This document shows, piece after piece, positions 19,726 through 28,846 of a DNA stretch of 64,000 bases. The notes beneath the pieces were generated by a model. It was not told the DNA's origin, made no database searches, and worked only from the letters and a program-made list of their open reading frames with translations. Position 1 is the first letter of the stretch, and each line of letters opens with the position of its first letter. The position numbers and the translations under genes were made by a program. The DNA comes from Guyparkeria sp. GTDB taxonomy: Bacteria; Pseudomonadota; Gammaproteobacteria; Halothiobacillales; Halothiobacillaceae. The stretch lies in the NCBI GenBank assembly GCA_041685825.1, contig JAWLFB010000002.1, forward strand, positions 1,817 to 65,816. Reading direction: 5' to 3'.

Positions 19726-22137
19726 TCAGGAAGTTCCCGTTTCTCCGTGTGCGCCACCGTGACGACCCTTTTCGACAAGGGCGCCATTGCGGCGGCCCTT
19801 GTCGACTTGGGCGCCGCCATGACGGCCCTTCTCGATATGACTATCCTCTCGGCGGCGATCGCCGCGCGCCTCGCAGCGCCCCGACTCCAAGGGTAGGCGA
19901 ATCGTAACGCGTGCACCGTGATTGGCAAGCCGCCGACCTGCGTCGCTGCCGTCCTTCTCCGGCTGCTCAAACGCGTTCCAGGCATGCACCGCCCCGGAAT
20001 GCTCCTCGACGATCTTCTTGACGATCGCCAGCCCCAGACCCGAGCCCTTGGGCCGGGTGGTCGCGTATGGCTCGAACAGACGATCGAGTATCTCGGCCGG
20101 GAAACCGGGGCCGTTGTCGGCCACGGTCATCTCGGCCAGGCAGTGGCCGCCTTCCCCGATCACACGCAGGTCGAGCAACACGATCGGCTCGCCGACCACC
20201 GCACCGCGCTCGTCCAGCGCCTGGCTGGCGTTGCGAATCAGGTTGTGCAGCAACTGGCGGAGCCGGTTGCCGTCGCCCTCAACCCAGACCGGTTCATCGA
20301 GCGCCGGCAGGTAGCGCACCTTGACGGCCGTGTTGCCTCGGTAAAGCTCGACGGTCTGGCCAGCCAGGACCTGCAGGTCGATTCGCTCGAAACTCACCTG
20401 CGGGCTGCGCGCATAATCGGCGAACTCGTTGACCATGTGCTTCATGGCATCGACCTGGGCGATGATCGTGGCCGTGGCACGGTCGAGGATCGGCGCGTAC
20501 CCCTCGTCGAGCTGCGGCAGGATCCGTCGGCGCAGCCGTTCGGCGGACAGCCCGATCGGGGTGAGCGGGTTCTTGATCTCGTGGGCGAGGCGGCGCGCCA
20601 CCTCCGACCACGCGGCGTCACGCTGGGCCTGGATCAGCGCGGTGACGTCCTCGAGGACCATCACGTAGCCGCCGGCATCACTCTCGCCGTCCGGTGGCAG
20701 CGCGGCCAGCCGGGCCAGCAGCACCTTGCGGCCGCTGCCGTTCATTATGCGCACCTGGGCCTCGACCGTCTCGCCCGGTGGCGGTCCGGCCGCCCCCAGG
20801 CGATCGAGGAACGCCTCGCATAGCGGCAACAAGCTTGCGTGCTCATGACAGACGGCCTGCAAGGTTCCCTCAAAGAGCTCCTCGGAGGCCACGCCGAGGA
20901 TCTGCTGTGCCGCCGAGTTGCCGCTGATGATGCGCCCGTCGAAGGACAGCGTTAGCACGCCCGAGGACAGGTGCTGGATCACGGTGTCCAGATAGTCGCG
21001 CTCCTTGTCGGCCAGCTCTTGGAGCTCGCGCATCACCTCGTGGGCACGCCGCACCCGGGCTGTCATGGTGTTGAACGACTGGACCAGCTGGCCGAGATCG
21101 TCGCGCCGGTCGACTGGCAGACGCAGGCTGTAGTCCCCTTCGGCGACCGCCTGGGTCCCCGCGGCCAGTTCGCGAATCGGACTGAGTAGTCGACGCGCGG
21201 CCAGAAAAGCCAGCCACACAGCGGTGAGCAGGGACAGCAGCAGCGCAAGGGTCAGCGCAAGGGTGAAGGTTTGCTTGAGCGAGCTGTGGAGGTAGACCAG
21301 TTCGCGGTAGTCGTTGAAGGCATCCTGCACGCTCTTGGAAAGCGCATTGGCCTCGTCCGGCACGTCGAACAGGGCCTGCAGGACGCGCTTGCCGCCCTCG
21401 CTAGTAAGACCTGCCTCCATCGGCACGACCACGCGGATCTGCAGGTTGCCGTCGCCGCCGGGATCGAGCCCGATGAAATCCCGTCCGGAACGGGCATGCG
21501 CTAGGGCCGTCTCGTCGGCACGCGCTGGCACGATGCTGGTGGCATCCTCGGACGACGAGGCGACGATCAAGTTGCGCTGGCCGAGGATGGTCATTTCCTC
21601 GGCGCCGCTAGCGCGCCGCGTCTGGGACAGTTCCAGCGCGATGAGCTCCGAGCCACCGTCCTGCAACTCACTGGCCGCCCGACGAGTCTGCTCCAGGGCT
21701 TGTCGCATGCGCCCGTCGAAGGACATCTGCGACAGCGAGAGTGCATCGGTCATCGCCTGCTCGACCTGGACGTCGAACCAGGAGTCGATGCCGCGCTGCA
21801 CGAAGGTGAGCGAAAAATAGAAGACGATGGCCACCGGCACCACCGACAGCGCCACGAAGGTCAATACCAAGCGCGCGGTCAGCCGGGATCCGGGCGTACC
21901 GCGGCGATAATCGCGAATCAGCCGGACGATGTGCCAGAGCACCACGACAGCAAGGAACAGCAGCCCCACGGCGCTGATGCCTAATAGGGCTAGGAACAGC
22001 CCCTCGGGCTGCTCGACGGCGCGCAGCGAGTCTGAGACCAGGTAGAGCAGTACCAGAAGCAGCACGATGACCATCGCGCTGATCGGCGGGATAGCGCGCC
22101 TCACCCAGCGTTGCATGCGACGGCCCAGCCGCGTCAT
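19726..22137 (-). CDS. ntrY: NtrY-type sensor histidine kinase (HAMP, PAS, HisKA, HATPase)
   Basis: GSRLTARL, IDSWF, AWSEVARRLAHEIKNPLTPI, DNGPG, GSGLGL. Confidence 0.88.
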   Translation of the reverse strand: MTRLGRRMQRWVRRAIPPISAMVIVLLLVLLYLVSDSLRAVEQPEGLFLALLGISAVGLLFLAVVVLWHIVRLIRDYRRGTPGSRLTARLVLTFVALSVVPVAIVFYFSLTFVQRGIDSWFDVQVEQAMTDALSLSQMSFDGRMRQALEQTRRAASELQDGGSELIALELSQTRRASGAEEMTILGQRNLIVASSSEDATSIVPARADETALAHARSGRDFIGLDPGGDGNLQIRVVVPMEAGLTSEGGKRVLQALFDVPDEANALSKSVQDAFNDYRELVYLHSSLKQTFTLALTLALLLSLLTAVWLAFLAARRLLSPIRELAAGTQAVAEGDYSLRLPVDRRDDLGQLVQSFNTMTARVRRAHEVMRELQELADKERDYLDTVIQHLSSGVLTLSFDGRIISGNSAAQQILGVASEELFEGTLQAVCHEHASLLPLCEAFLDRLGAAGPPPGETVEAQVRIMNGSGRKVLLARLAALPPDGESDAGGYVMVLEDVTALIQAQRDAAWSEVARRLAHEIKNPLTPIGLSAERLRRRILPQLDEGYAPILDRATATIIAQVDAMKHMVNEFADYARSPQVSFERIDLQVLAGQTVELYRGNTAVKVRYLPALDEPVWVEGDGNRLRQLLHNLIRNASQALDERGAVVGEPIVLLDLRVIGEGGHCLAEMTVADNGPGFPAEILDRLFEPYATTRPKGSGLGLAIVKKIVEEHSGAVHAWNAFEQPEKDGSDAGRRLANHGARVTIRLPLESGRCEARGDRRREDSHIEKGRHGGAQVDKGRRNGALVEKGRHGGAHGETGTS
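19750..19839 (-). repeat. three imperfect 30-bp tandem repeats in the NtrY C-terminal tail
   Basis: HIEKGRHGGA / QVDKGRRNGA / LVEKGRHGGA. Confidence 0.85.
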
Positions 22138-22712
22138 CGGCGCACCTCCGAAAGCCCCCACAAGAACCAGTCGCTGTCGAGATCCCAAGCATCCTCGAAC
22201 AGCGCCGGGACGCGCAACGGCAGCGGCAGCTTGTTGACGTCCAGCCTCACGCGCAGCTTGCCCAGCAGGCGCGGTCTTTCGGCCAGAGGCGCCCAGGGAC
22301 CCAGCCGCCAGGCCCGCACGCGCGCGAGCGACTCGACCGCGCCGGCCAGCTCGGAGAAGGTATGCGTCTCGCGGGCGTGAAAGTCGGTAACCATCCAGGT
22401 GCGGGAAAGCGCGTGGTACTCCAGGCGCAGCCGTCGCCGATCAGACAACAGGCGCCGATCCCATAGCCATTCGCGCGGTTCGGCGATCTCCGCCTCGACG
22501 ATCAGGTTCACGGCGATCGAGTTGCGCAGCGCCTCGATCACCTCGCGGCCCAGCGACAGCTCGAGATCGGCATCAAGGAATACCGACTCCTCGCGCACCT
22601 CGGCATGAACATTGATAACCCGGGCATCCGCGTGCAGCCCGGTCGAGCCGCCGAGCCAGAGCACGAGCATCAAGAGCAACCAACCCGGGCGTGAAACGCA
22701 GGCCCATCTCAT
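22134..22712 (-). CDS. DUF4390 family exported protein
   Basis: Signal peptide; EALRNSI, LEYHALSR, LDVNKLPLPL; canonical position between rsmB and ntrY. Confidence 0.8.
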   Translation of the reverse strand: MRWACVSRPGWLLLMLVLWLGGSTGLHADARVINVHAEVREESVFLDADLELSLGREVIEALRNSIAVNLIVEAEIAEPREWLWDRRLLSDRRRLRLEYHALSRTWMVTDFHARETHTFSELAGAVESLARVRAWRLGPWAPLAERPRLLGKLRVRLDVNKLPLPLRVPALFEDAWDLDSDWFLWGLSEVRR

Positions 22713-24121
22713 CCGTCGGCCACCGGCTTCTCCAGCACCGCGTAATAAAAGCCGTCGTGGCCGTCGACCTGCGGGAACAGTTGTCGACCGACCACCTGTG
22801 GCTCGCCCCAGTCGACATCCAATGACACCGCCACCGCGTCCGGGTGGTCGCGTAGGAAGGACTCGACCTGCTTGGCGTTTTCGCGCTTGAGGATCGAGCA
22901 GGTCGCATAAACCAAGCGCCCACCCGGGCACAGGAGCGCCCACAGCCGCTCCAGTATCTCGCGCTGCCGACGCACCAGGGCGTCGAGGTCCTCGGGGCGG
23001 CGAAGGCGCTTGATGTCCGGGTGGCGCCGGATCACGCCGGTGGCCGAACAGGGCACGTCGGCCAGGATGCGGTCGAAGCTCGCCGGCGGCTCGATCGACT
23101 GCGACGTCAGATCGGCGCAGACCAATTCGGCGTAACGCCCGGAGCGCTCAAGGTTATCCTGCACGCGCGCCAGGCGCGTGACGTCAATATCCACCGCCGT
23201 CATCTGCACGGCAGGCTCCGAATCGAGCATCGCCAGCGTCTTGCCACCGGGGGCACAGCAGGCATCCAGCACGCGCAGCCCCGGCGACAGGTCCATCAGG
23301 TCGACCACCAGCTGGGCCGCCTCGTCCTGCACCGACACCTCACCCTGATGGAAGCCCGGCAGTCGCTCGACGTCCAGCGGCGTGGCCAGCGCCACCCCGT
23401 GGGGGGCGTGGCGCGTGGCGCTGGCCTCGACCGACTGCTCGGCGAGGCGCTCCAGGTAGGCCGACACGCTCTGTTCGGCGGCATTCACCCGCAGGGTCAT
23501 CGGCGGGTGGGTGGCCAGCTGCTCGCCCAGATCGATGGTGCGCTCCTCGCCCCAATCGTTCGCCAGCATCCCGAACAGCCAGCCCGGGAGGCGGGCACGT
23601 ACCGCGGGCTGGGCGTCGTCGAACGGCGTCTCACCGGCCTCGATCTGACGCACCGCACGCCGCAGCACGGCATTGACCAACCCGGTCGCCCAGTTGTGAT
23701 TGAGCTCCCGGGCGGCATGTACCGTGGCGTTGACTACGCGAGACGGTTCGCGCTTGGAGCGGCTTAGACGCTCGAGGCCGACCAGCAGCAGCATGCCGAC
23801 CTCGGCGGCACGCGGGTTGAGCGGACGATCGAGCAACTGGTCACGCCACCAGGCCAGCGGCTCGTAGTGACGCAACACCTCGTAGCTCATCGCCTGGACC
23901 ACGCTGCGGTGGGCGGTCTGGGCGCGCGCGGTCAGATCGGGCAGCACACTGTCGAGTGAACGGCCGTGGTCGACGACCTGCAGCAACCCCTCGGCGACCA
24001 GGGCCTCGGGCGAGCGCGGCGGGCCGCCCTGTTCCGCGCCACCGGGGCGGCGACGCGGGCGCCCCCGCTGACCGTCGGGGCGGCGCCTGGGGTGGCGATC
24101 GGCTTGTGGTTTATCCGCCAA
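22709..24121 (-). CDS. rsmB: 16S rRNA m5C967 methyltransferase
   Basis: GLVNAVLR, VQDEAAQL, LDACCAPGGKT, DVPCSATGVIRRHPD, YATCS; TTG start uncertain. Confidence 0.93.
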   Translation of the reverse strand: MADKPQADRHPRRRPDGQRGRPRRRPGGAEQGGPPRSPEALVAEGLLQVVDHGRSLDSVLPDLTARAQTAHRSVVQAMSYEVLRHYEPLAWWRDQLLDRPLNPRAAEVGMLLLVGLERLSRSKREPSRVVNATVHAARELNHNWATGLVNAVLRRAVRQIEAGETPFDDAQPAVRARLPGWLFGMLANDWGEERTIDLGEQLATHPPMTLRVNAAEQSVSAYLERLAEQSVEASATRHAPHGVALATPLDVERLPGFHQGEVSVQDEAAQLVVDLMDLSPGLRVLDACCAPGGKTLAMLDSEPAVQMTAVDIDVTRLARVQDNLERSGRYAELVCADLTSQSIEPPASFDRILADVPCSATGVIRRHPDIKRLRRPEDLDALVRRQREILERLWALLCPGGRLVYATCSILKRENAKQVESFLRDHPDAVAVSLDVDWGEPQVVGRQLFPQVDGHDGFYYAVLEKPVADG

Positions 24122-25064
24122 GCCGCACCCCCAGCAGATCTCGACCCCGGGCGAAGTCGGCGGCCCCAATCGGCCGACCGCCGGCACGCTGCACACGGAT
24201 CAATTCCAGAGCACAACGCCCCGTCTGCACCACGAGGCCATCGGCACTCAGCTCGATCACCTCGCCGGGTGTCGCCCCTTCGCTGCCATCGACCACGCGC
24301 GCCCCCCACAGACGCAACGGCTCGCCTTCCAGCATCGTCTGCGCAACGGGCCAGGGGTTGAAGGCGCGCACGCGGCGTTCGATGAGCGCCGCCGGCTCGA
24401 GCCAGTCGACCTTTGCCTCGGGCTTGGCGAGCTTGGCGGCATAGCAGGCATGCGCATCGTCCTGAGGCTCGGGCGCCCCTTCGCCCCGGATGATGGCCGG
24501 CAGCGCCTCGATCAGCGCCTGAGCACCGAGGGACGCTAGCCGGTCGTGGAGGGTGGCGGCAGTGTCGTCCGGATGGATCGGCTCAATCCGCGTCAACCAC
24601 ATCGGCCCGGTATCGAGCCCGGCCTCCATCTGCATGATGGTGATGCCAGTCTCGGCGTCGCCTGCCTCGATTGCGCGATTAATCGGCGCGGCCCCGCGCC
24701 AGCGCGGCAACAGGGAGGCGTGGATATTGATCGCGCCGAGACGGGGCATCTCGAGCACAGCCGGTGGCAGGATCAGTCCGTAGGCGGCGACGACCAGGAG
24801 GTCGGGCCGATATCCGGCCATCACCGCCTGGGCGGCCTCGTCGCGCAGCGAGAGCGGCTGCTCTACCGGCAAACCCAGCTCGAAGGCGGCCTGCTTGACC
24901 GGCGAGGCGGTGAGCTTCTTGCCACGCCCGGCCGGACGATCCGGCTGGGTGTAGGCGGCGACCAGTTCGAGCTTTTCGCCGCCGATCTCATTGAGGCGCG
25001 CTAGCGCCTCGAGTGCCGGCACGGCGAAATCGGGCGTGCCGCAATAGATCACTCTGAGGCTCAT
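24111..25064 (-). CDS. fmt: methionyl-tRNA formyltransferase
   Basis: GTPDFA, TQPDRPAGRG, NIHASLLPRWRGAAPI. Confidence 0.97.
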   Translation of the reverse strand: MSLRVIYCGTPDFAVPALEALARLNEIGGEKLELVAAYTQPDRPAGRGKKLTASPVKQAAFELGLPVEQPLSLRDEAAQAVMAGYRPDLLVVAAYGLILPPAVLEMPRLGAINIHASLLPRWRGAAPINRAIEAGDAETGITIMQMEAGLDTGPMWLTRIEPIHPDDTAATLHDRLASLGAQALIEALPAIIRGEGAPEPQDDAHACYAAKLAKPEAKVDWLEPAALIERRVRAFNPWPVAQTMLEGEPLRLWGARVVDGSEGATPGEVIELSADGLVVQTGRCALELIRVQRAGGRPIGAADFARGRDLLGVRLGG

Positions 25065-25567
25065 ACGCGCTCCCGGCGCACGGCCTTTTCCATCTTCTTG
25101 CGGATGCGCTGCTGCTTGAGCGGCGAGAGGTAATCGATGAACAGTCGACCATCGAGGTGGTCGAGTTCGTGCTGGAAGCAGATAGCCAACAGCCCGTCGA
25201 GATCCTGCTCGATGGCCTTGCCATGCTCATCGCGGGCGCGCACTAGGATGCGTTCGGCGCGCGAAATGGTTTCGTTGATTCCCGGGATCGACAGGCAGCC
25301 CTCTTCGGATGCGACTTCCCCGGCACGGGACACGATCTCGGGATTGACGAAAGCCATCGCCCCGCTGCGATCCTCGCTGACGTCGGCCACGAACAGCCGC
25401 TGGTGCTCGTCGATCTGGGTGGCGGCCAACCCGATTCCGCTCTCTTGGTACATGGTCTCGAACATGTCGGCGACCAGTTCGGCCAGCGCAGGCTCGAAGG
25501 AATCGACCGGGCGGGCAATCTCGCGCAAGCGGTCGTCGGGGTAGATGAGGATGTCTCGCAGACTCAT
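25061..25567 (-). CDS. def: peptide deformylase
   Basis: GIGLAATQ, EGCLS, QHELDHLDG. Confidence 0.97.
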   Translation of the reverse strand: MSLRDILIYPDDRLREIARPVDSFEPALAELVADMFETMYQESGIGLAATQIDEHQRLFVADVSEDRSGAMAFVNPEIVSRAGEVASEEGCLSIPGINETISRAERILVRARDEHGKAIEQDLDGLLAICFQHELDHLDGRLFIDYLSPLKQQRIRKKMEKAVRRERV

Positions 25568-25792
25568 ACGTCAGTCACTGGGTTTGGTTGTTCGCCACGG
25601 CGGGGCACTCGCACGGCTATTCGTTCGTCCACCCGGTCCACTGGACGGTAGGGGCGAAATCTTTTACAACAAGCCGTATTTGGGGATACATTGTACGTCA
25701 GCCCTCGGCAGAACCCAGATGAATGTCGACAATCACGGGGGATCAGCTCGCACGCGGGCTGCTCCCGGCCGGACACCAAGGACGTTGCAACG

Positions 25793-26974
25793 ATGAGATC
25801 GACCAAAGGACTCCCCCTGGCACTCGCGCTCGCGGGCCTGATTCCGCTGACCGCCAGCCTCACCGGCTGCGCACTGACCGAAGACGACGTAGTCAACCCG
25901 CGCGAACCCATGTCGGCCGACGCCCTGCCCTTGGGCTCCGAGCGCGGCCCGGTCAAGCGACAATTGAGCGCCGAGGAAACCCGCGACCAATTCCGTGACC
26001 TGTCCGCCGAGGACTACGTGGTCAAGAAGGGCGACACCCTCTGGTCTATCGCCAACCATTTCCTCAAGGATCCCTACTACTGGCCCGAGATCTGGTACGC
26101 CAACTCGGAGATCGCCAACCCACACCGGATCTACCCGGGCGACCGCATCCAGATCGTCTTCGTCGGCGATCGCCCGCGGCTGTCCGTCGGCCTGCGCCCG
26201 CACATCCGTTACGAGGCGCTGCCGCCGGCCGTCGCCGCCGTGCCGCTCGACCTGGTGCGCCCGTTCCTGACCCACGATCAGGTAATGGACGAAGGCGAGT
26301 TCGAGGCCGCCCCCTACATCCTCGCCAACCGGGAGGGTTCGATTAACGCTAGCAGTGGCGACACCGCCTACGTTCGCCCGCCGCTAGACGGATCGAAGCA
26401 ACGCTTTGCCGTCGTCGAGCAAGGCAAGCCGCTGATCGACGGTCGCAGCGGCGAGCAACTTGGCTACCGCGCCATCTTCAAGGGCGAGGCCAACGTGATC
26501 GACAGCGGTGACCCGACCACCGTCGAACTCAAGGACACCGTGCGCGAGGTCAATGATGGCGACCGCCTTGTCAAGATGACCGAGGAGGCCTTCGATCGCG
26601 ACGTCACGCCACAGATCCCGGCCTTCCCGATCGACGCGACCATTATCCTGCTGCCGGATGCCATCACCCAGGTGGGCAACCAGCAGGTGGTCGTGATCGA
26701 CCGGGGCAGCGAATCCGGCGTCACCGCGGGCGACCTGTTGCAGATCAATAAGCGCGGCCGCTTGGTCGAGGACCGCTTCGCCGAGCGCGACACCGGCGAG
26801 GATGGCCGCGAGGCCACCCGCGGCCCGGCCGTGCTGCTGCCCGACCACCCAATCGGCACCGCCATGGTGTTCCGCGCCTACGATCGCATCAGCTACGCAC
26901 TGGTGATCAAGGCCACCCAGCCGATCCACGAGGGCGATCTCGCCCAGACCCCGGTTCAGGGAAGTCGCCTCTAA
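25793..26974 (+). CDS. LysM-domain lipoprotein (TsaP-like, secretin-associated)
   Basis: Lipobox LTGC; YVVKKGDTLWSIA...WPEIW...NPHRIYPGD; canonical location between def and dprA. Confidence 0.85.
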   Translation: MRSTKGLPLALALAGLIPLTASLTGCALTEDDVVNPREPMSADALPLGSERGPVKRQLSAEETRDQFRDLSAEDYVVKKGDTLWSIANHFLKDPYYWPEIWYANSEIANPHRIYPGDRIQIVFVGDRPRLSVGLRPHIRYEALPPAVAAVPLDLVRPFLTHDQVMDEGEFEAAPYILANREGSINASSGDTAYVRPPLDGSKQRFAVVEQGKPLIDGRSGEQLGYRAIFKGEANVIDSGDPTTVELKDTVREVNDGDRLVKMTEEAFDRDVTPQIPAFPIDATIILLPDAITQVGNQQVVVIDRGSESGVTAGDLLQINKRGRLVEDRFAERDTGEDGREATRGPAVLLPDHPIGTAMVFRAYDRISYALVIKATQPIHEGDLAQTPVQGSRL

Positions 26975-26977
26975 GCG

Positions 26978-28160
26978 GTACCTGCCGCACCGACCTCCTC
27001 GTCGGACGCCCAGGCCATCACCTCGGGCAATGGCGACCAGACCACCGCACTGATTGATCTCCTGGCGGCTCACGGCATGGACCCCAAGCGGCTCGGTCTG
27101 CTGCTGGCGCATTTCCGCACGCCTAAAAACGCCTTCGACAGCCCGCGCGGCGGATGGCGCCACGCCGGACTACCCGAAGACGTCATCGAGACCCCCAGGT
27201 GCCGGGAAGGTCGCGGCGATCACCGACTGGCTGGCCGCAGACCCGACCCATCACCTGATTGCCCGCGGCGACTCGCACTTCCCTACCGCCCTCGAGGATT
27301 TCCCCGACGTCCCGGCCGCACTCTTTGCCCGCGGGCGGCTCGCCGCACTCGCCGGGCCACAGATCAAGATGGTCGGGTCGCGCACGCCCACCACCGGCGG
27401 TCGCCGGAACGCTCGCGCGTTCGCCCACCACCAGGCTGCCCGAGGACTGGTGATCACCAGCGGGCTGGCCCTCGGCGTGCCCGGCGAGGCGCATCGCGGC
27501 GCTCGGGATGCCGACGAGATCACCATCGCGGCACTCGGCTCGGGGCTCGAACACATCTACCCGCCCGAACACGCCTCACTGGCGTAGGAGATCGTCGCCG
27601 GCAACGGGGTGATCCTCTCAGAATGGCTGTCAGGCACCGAACCGCGCCGTGGACACTTCCCGCGCCGCAACCGGCTGATAAGCGGGTTGGCCAGAGGTGT
27701 GCTGGTGGTCGAGGCCTCGATCAAGAGCGGTTCGCTGATCACCGCTCACCTCGCTGGCGAACAGGGCCGCGATGTCTTCGCCATTCCCGGGGCGATCCAC
27801 AACCCACTCGCCCGCCGTTGCCAACGCCTGATCCGCGAAGGGGCCGAGCTGGTCGAGACCGGCAAGGGCGTACTCGAGGAACTGGCGCCCACCCTGCGCC
27901 GGCAACTGGAAACGTCCGCCATCACGACCATCCAGGCAGCCGACATATCGACCGAATCGGCGCCCGCGCAGCCAGCCCCGGCCCGTGATCCGGACCAGCA
28001 GCGCATCCCGGGTCTGCTCCGCCACGACCCGCAACCGGCCGACACCCTGATCGAGGCGAGCGGATTGACCGCCGGTGAGGTTTCCTCCATCCTCCTCATG
28101 CTTGAACTGGCGGGAAATGTGTCCACCCTTAACGGTGGACTGTACGTCCGCACGAGCTAA
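26978..28160 (+). pseudogene. dprA: DNA-processing protein DprA/Smf, disrupted
   Basis: DprA motifs (VGSR, ITSGLALG, HFPRRNRLISG, SGSLITA, GRDVFAIPG) split by a frameshift near 27190-27205 and in-frame TAG at 27585-27587; no clear start for the first segment; 5' boundary approximate. Confidence 0.9.
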
Positions 28161-28245
28161 AACAACCTGCCGACCGCGCCTGCCGCCGCTCCCATGCATT
28201 CCCGCCCGCGCGCGCAGACTCAAGCCATCATGTCCCGGTGAGCCG

Positions 28246-28719
28246 ATGAAAGAGACCGTTCTCGACCTGTTGATGTTCCTCTTCGAGAATTACATGGAAG
28301 ACGAAGATCGCTTCCCACCGCAAAACGAGCGTGCCGGCCTGCAGATGAAGCTCCTGGAAGCCGGCTTCGACCACGACGAGATCGAGCATGCCTTCGCTTG
28401 GCTCGAAGGCGTGCTGGAACAGGGCAGCGAGTCCGGCCCCGAACGCGACCAAGCATTCAGGGTCTACAGTGACGTCGAGCAGATCATGCTCGACGTCGAT
28501 GCCCGCGGCTTTTTGATGCAACTCGAACAGATCGGCGTGCTCTCGCCCTCCGCCCGTGAGACGGTGATCGAGCGCGCCACGGCCCTCGGCGAGGATGAAA
28601 TCGACGTCGAGCGTCTCAAGTGGGTCGTCCTGCTGGTCCTGTTCGCCAAGCCTGGCGAGGAACAGGCTTTTGCTTGGATGGAAGACCTCGTCTTCGACGA
28701 CGCCGCCGTCCTGCATTAA
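28246..28719 (+). CDS. smg: Smg / DUF494 protein
   Basis: VLDLLMFLFENY, AGF...I..AF.WL, LKWVVLLVLF. Confidence 0.92.
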   Translation: MKETVLDLLMFLFENYMEDEDRFPPQNERAGLQMKLLEAGFDHDEIEHAFAWLEGVLEQGSESGPERDQAFRVYSDVEQIMLDVDARGFLMQLEQIGVLSPSARETVIERATALGEDEIDVERLKWVVLLVLFAKPGEEQAFAWMEDLVFDDAAVLH

Positions 28720-28846
28720 GGAATGATCTGCGCGAACACCATGTCGCTTCGGGCCGGCATGCCTCGAGCCGCACAGCTGCAAGGCACGCAGCACGCAGAG
28801 CAACACCAGATTCGTGTAGCCCTTCAGTAAACAACGAAGACACCCT

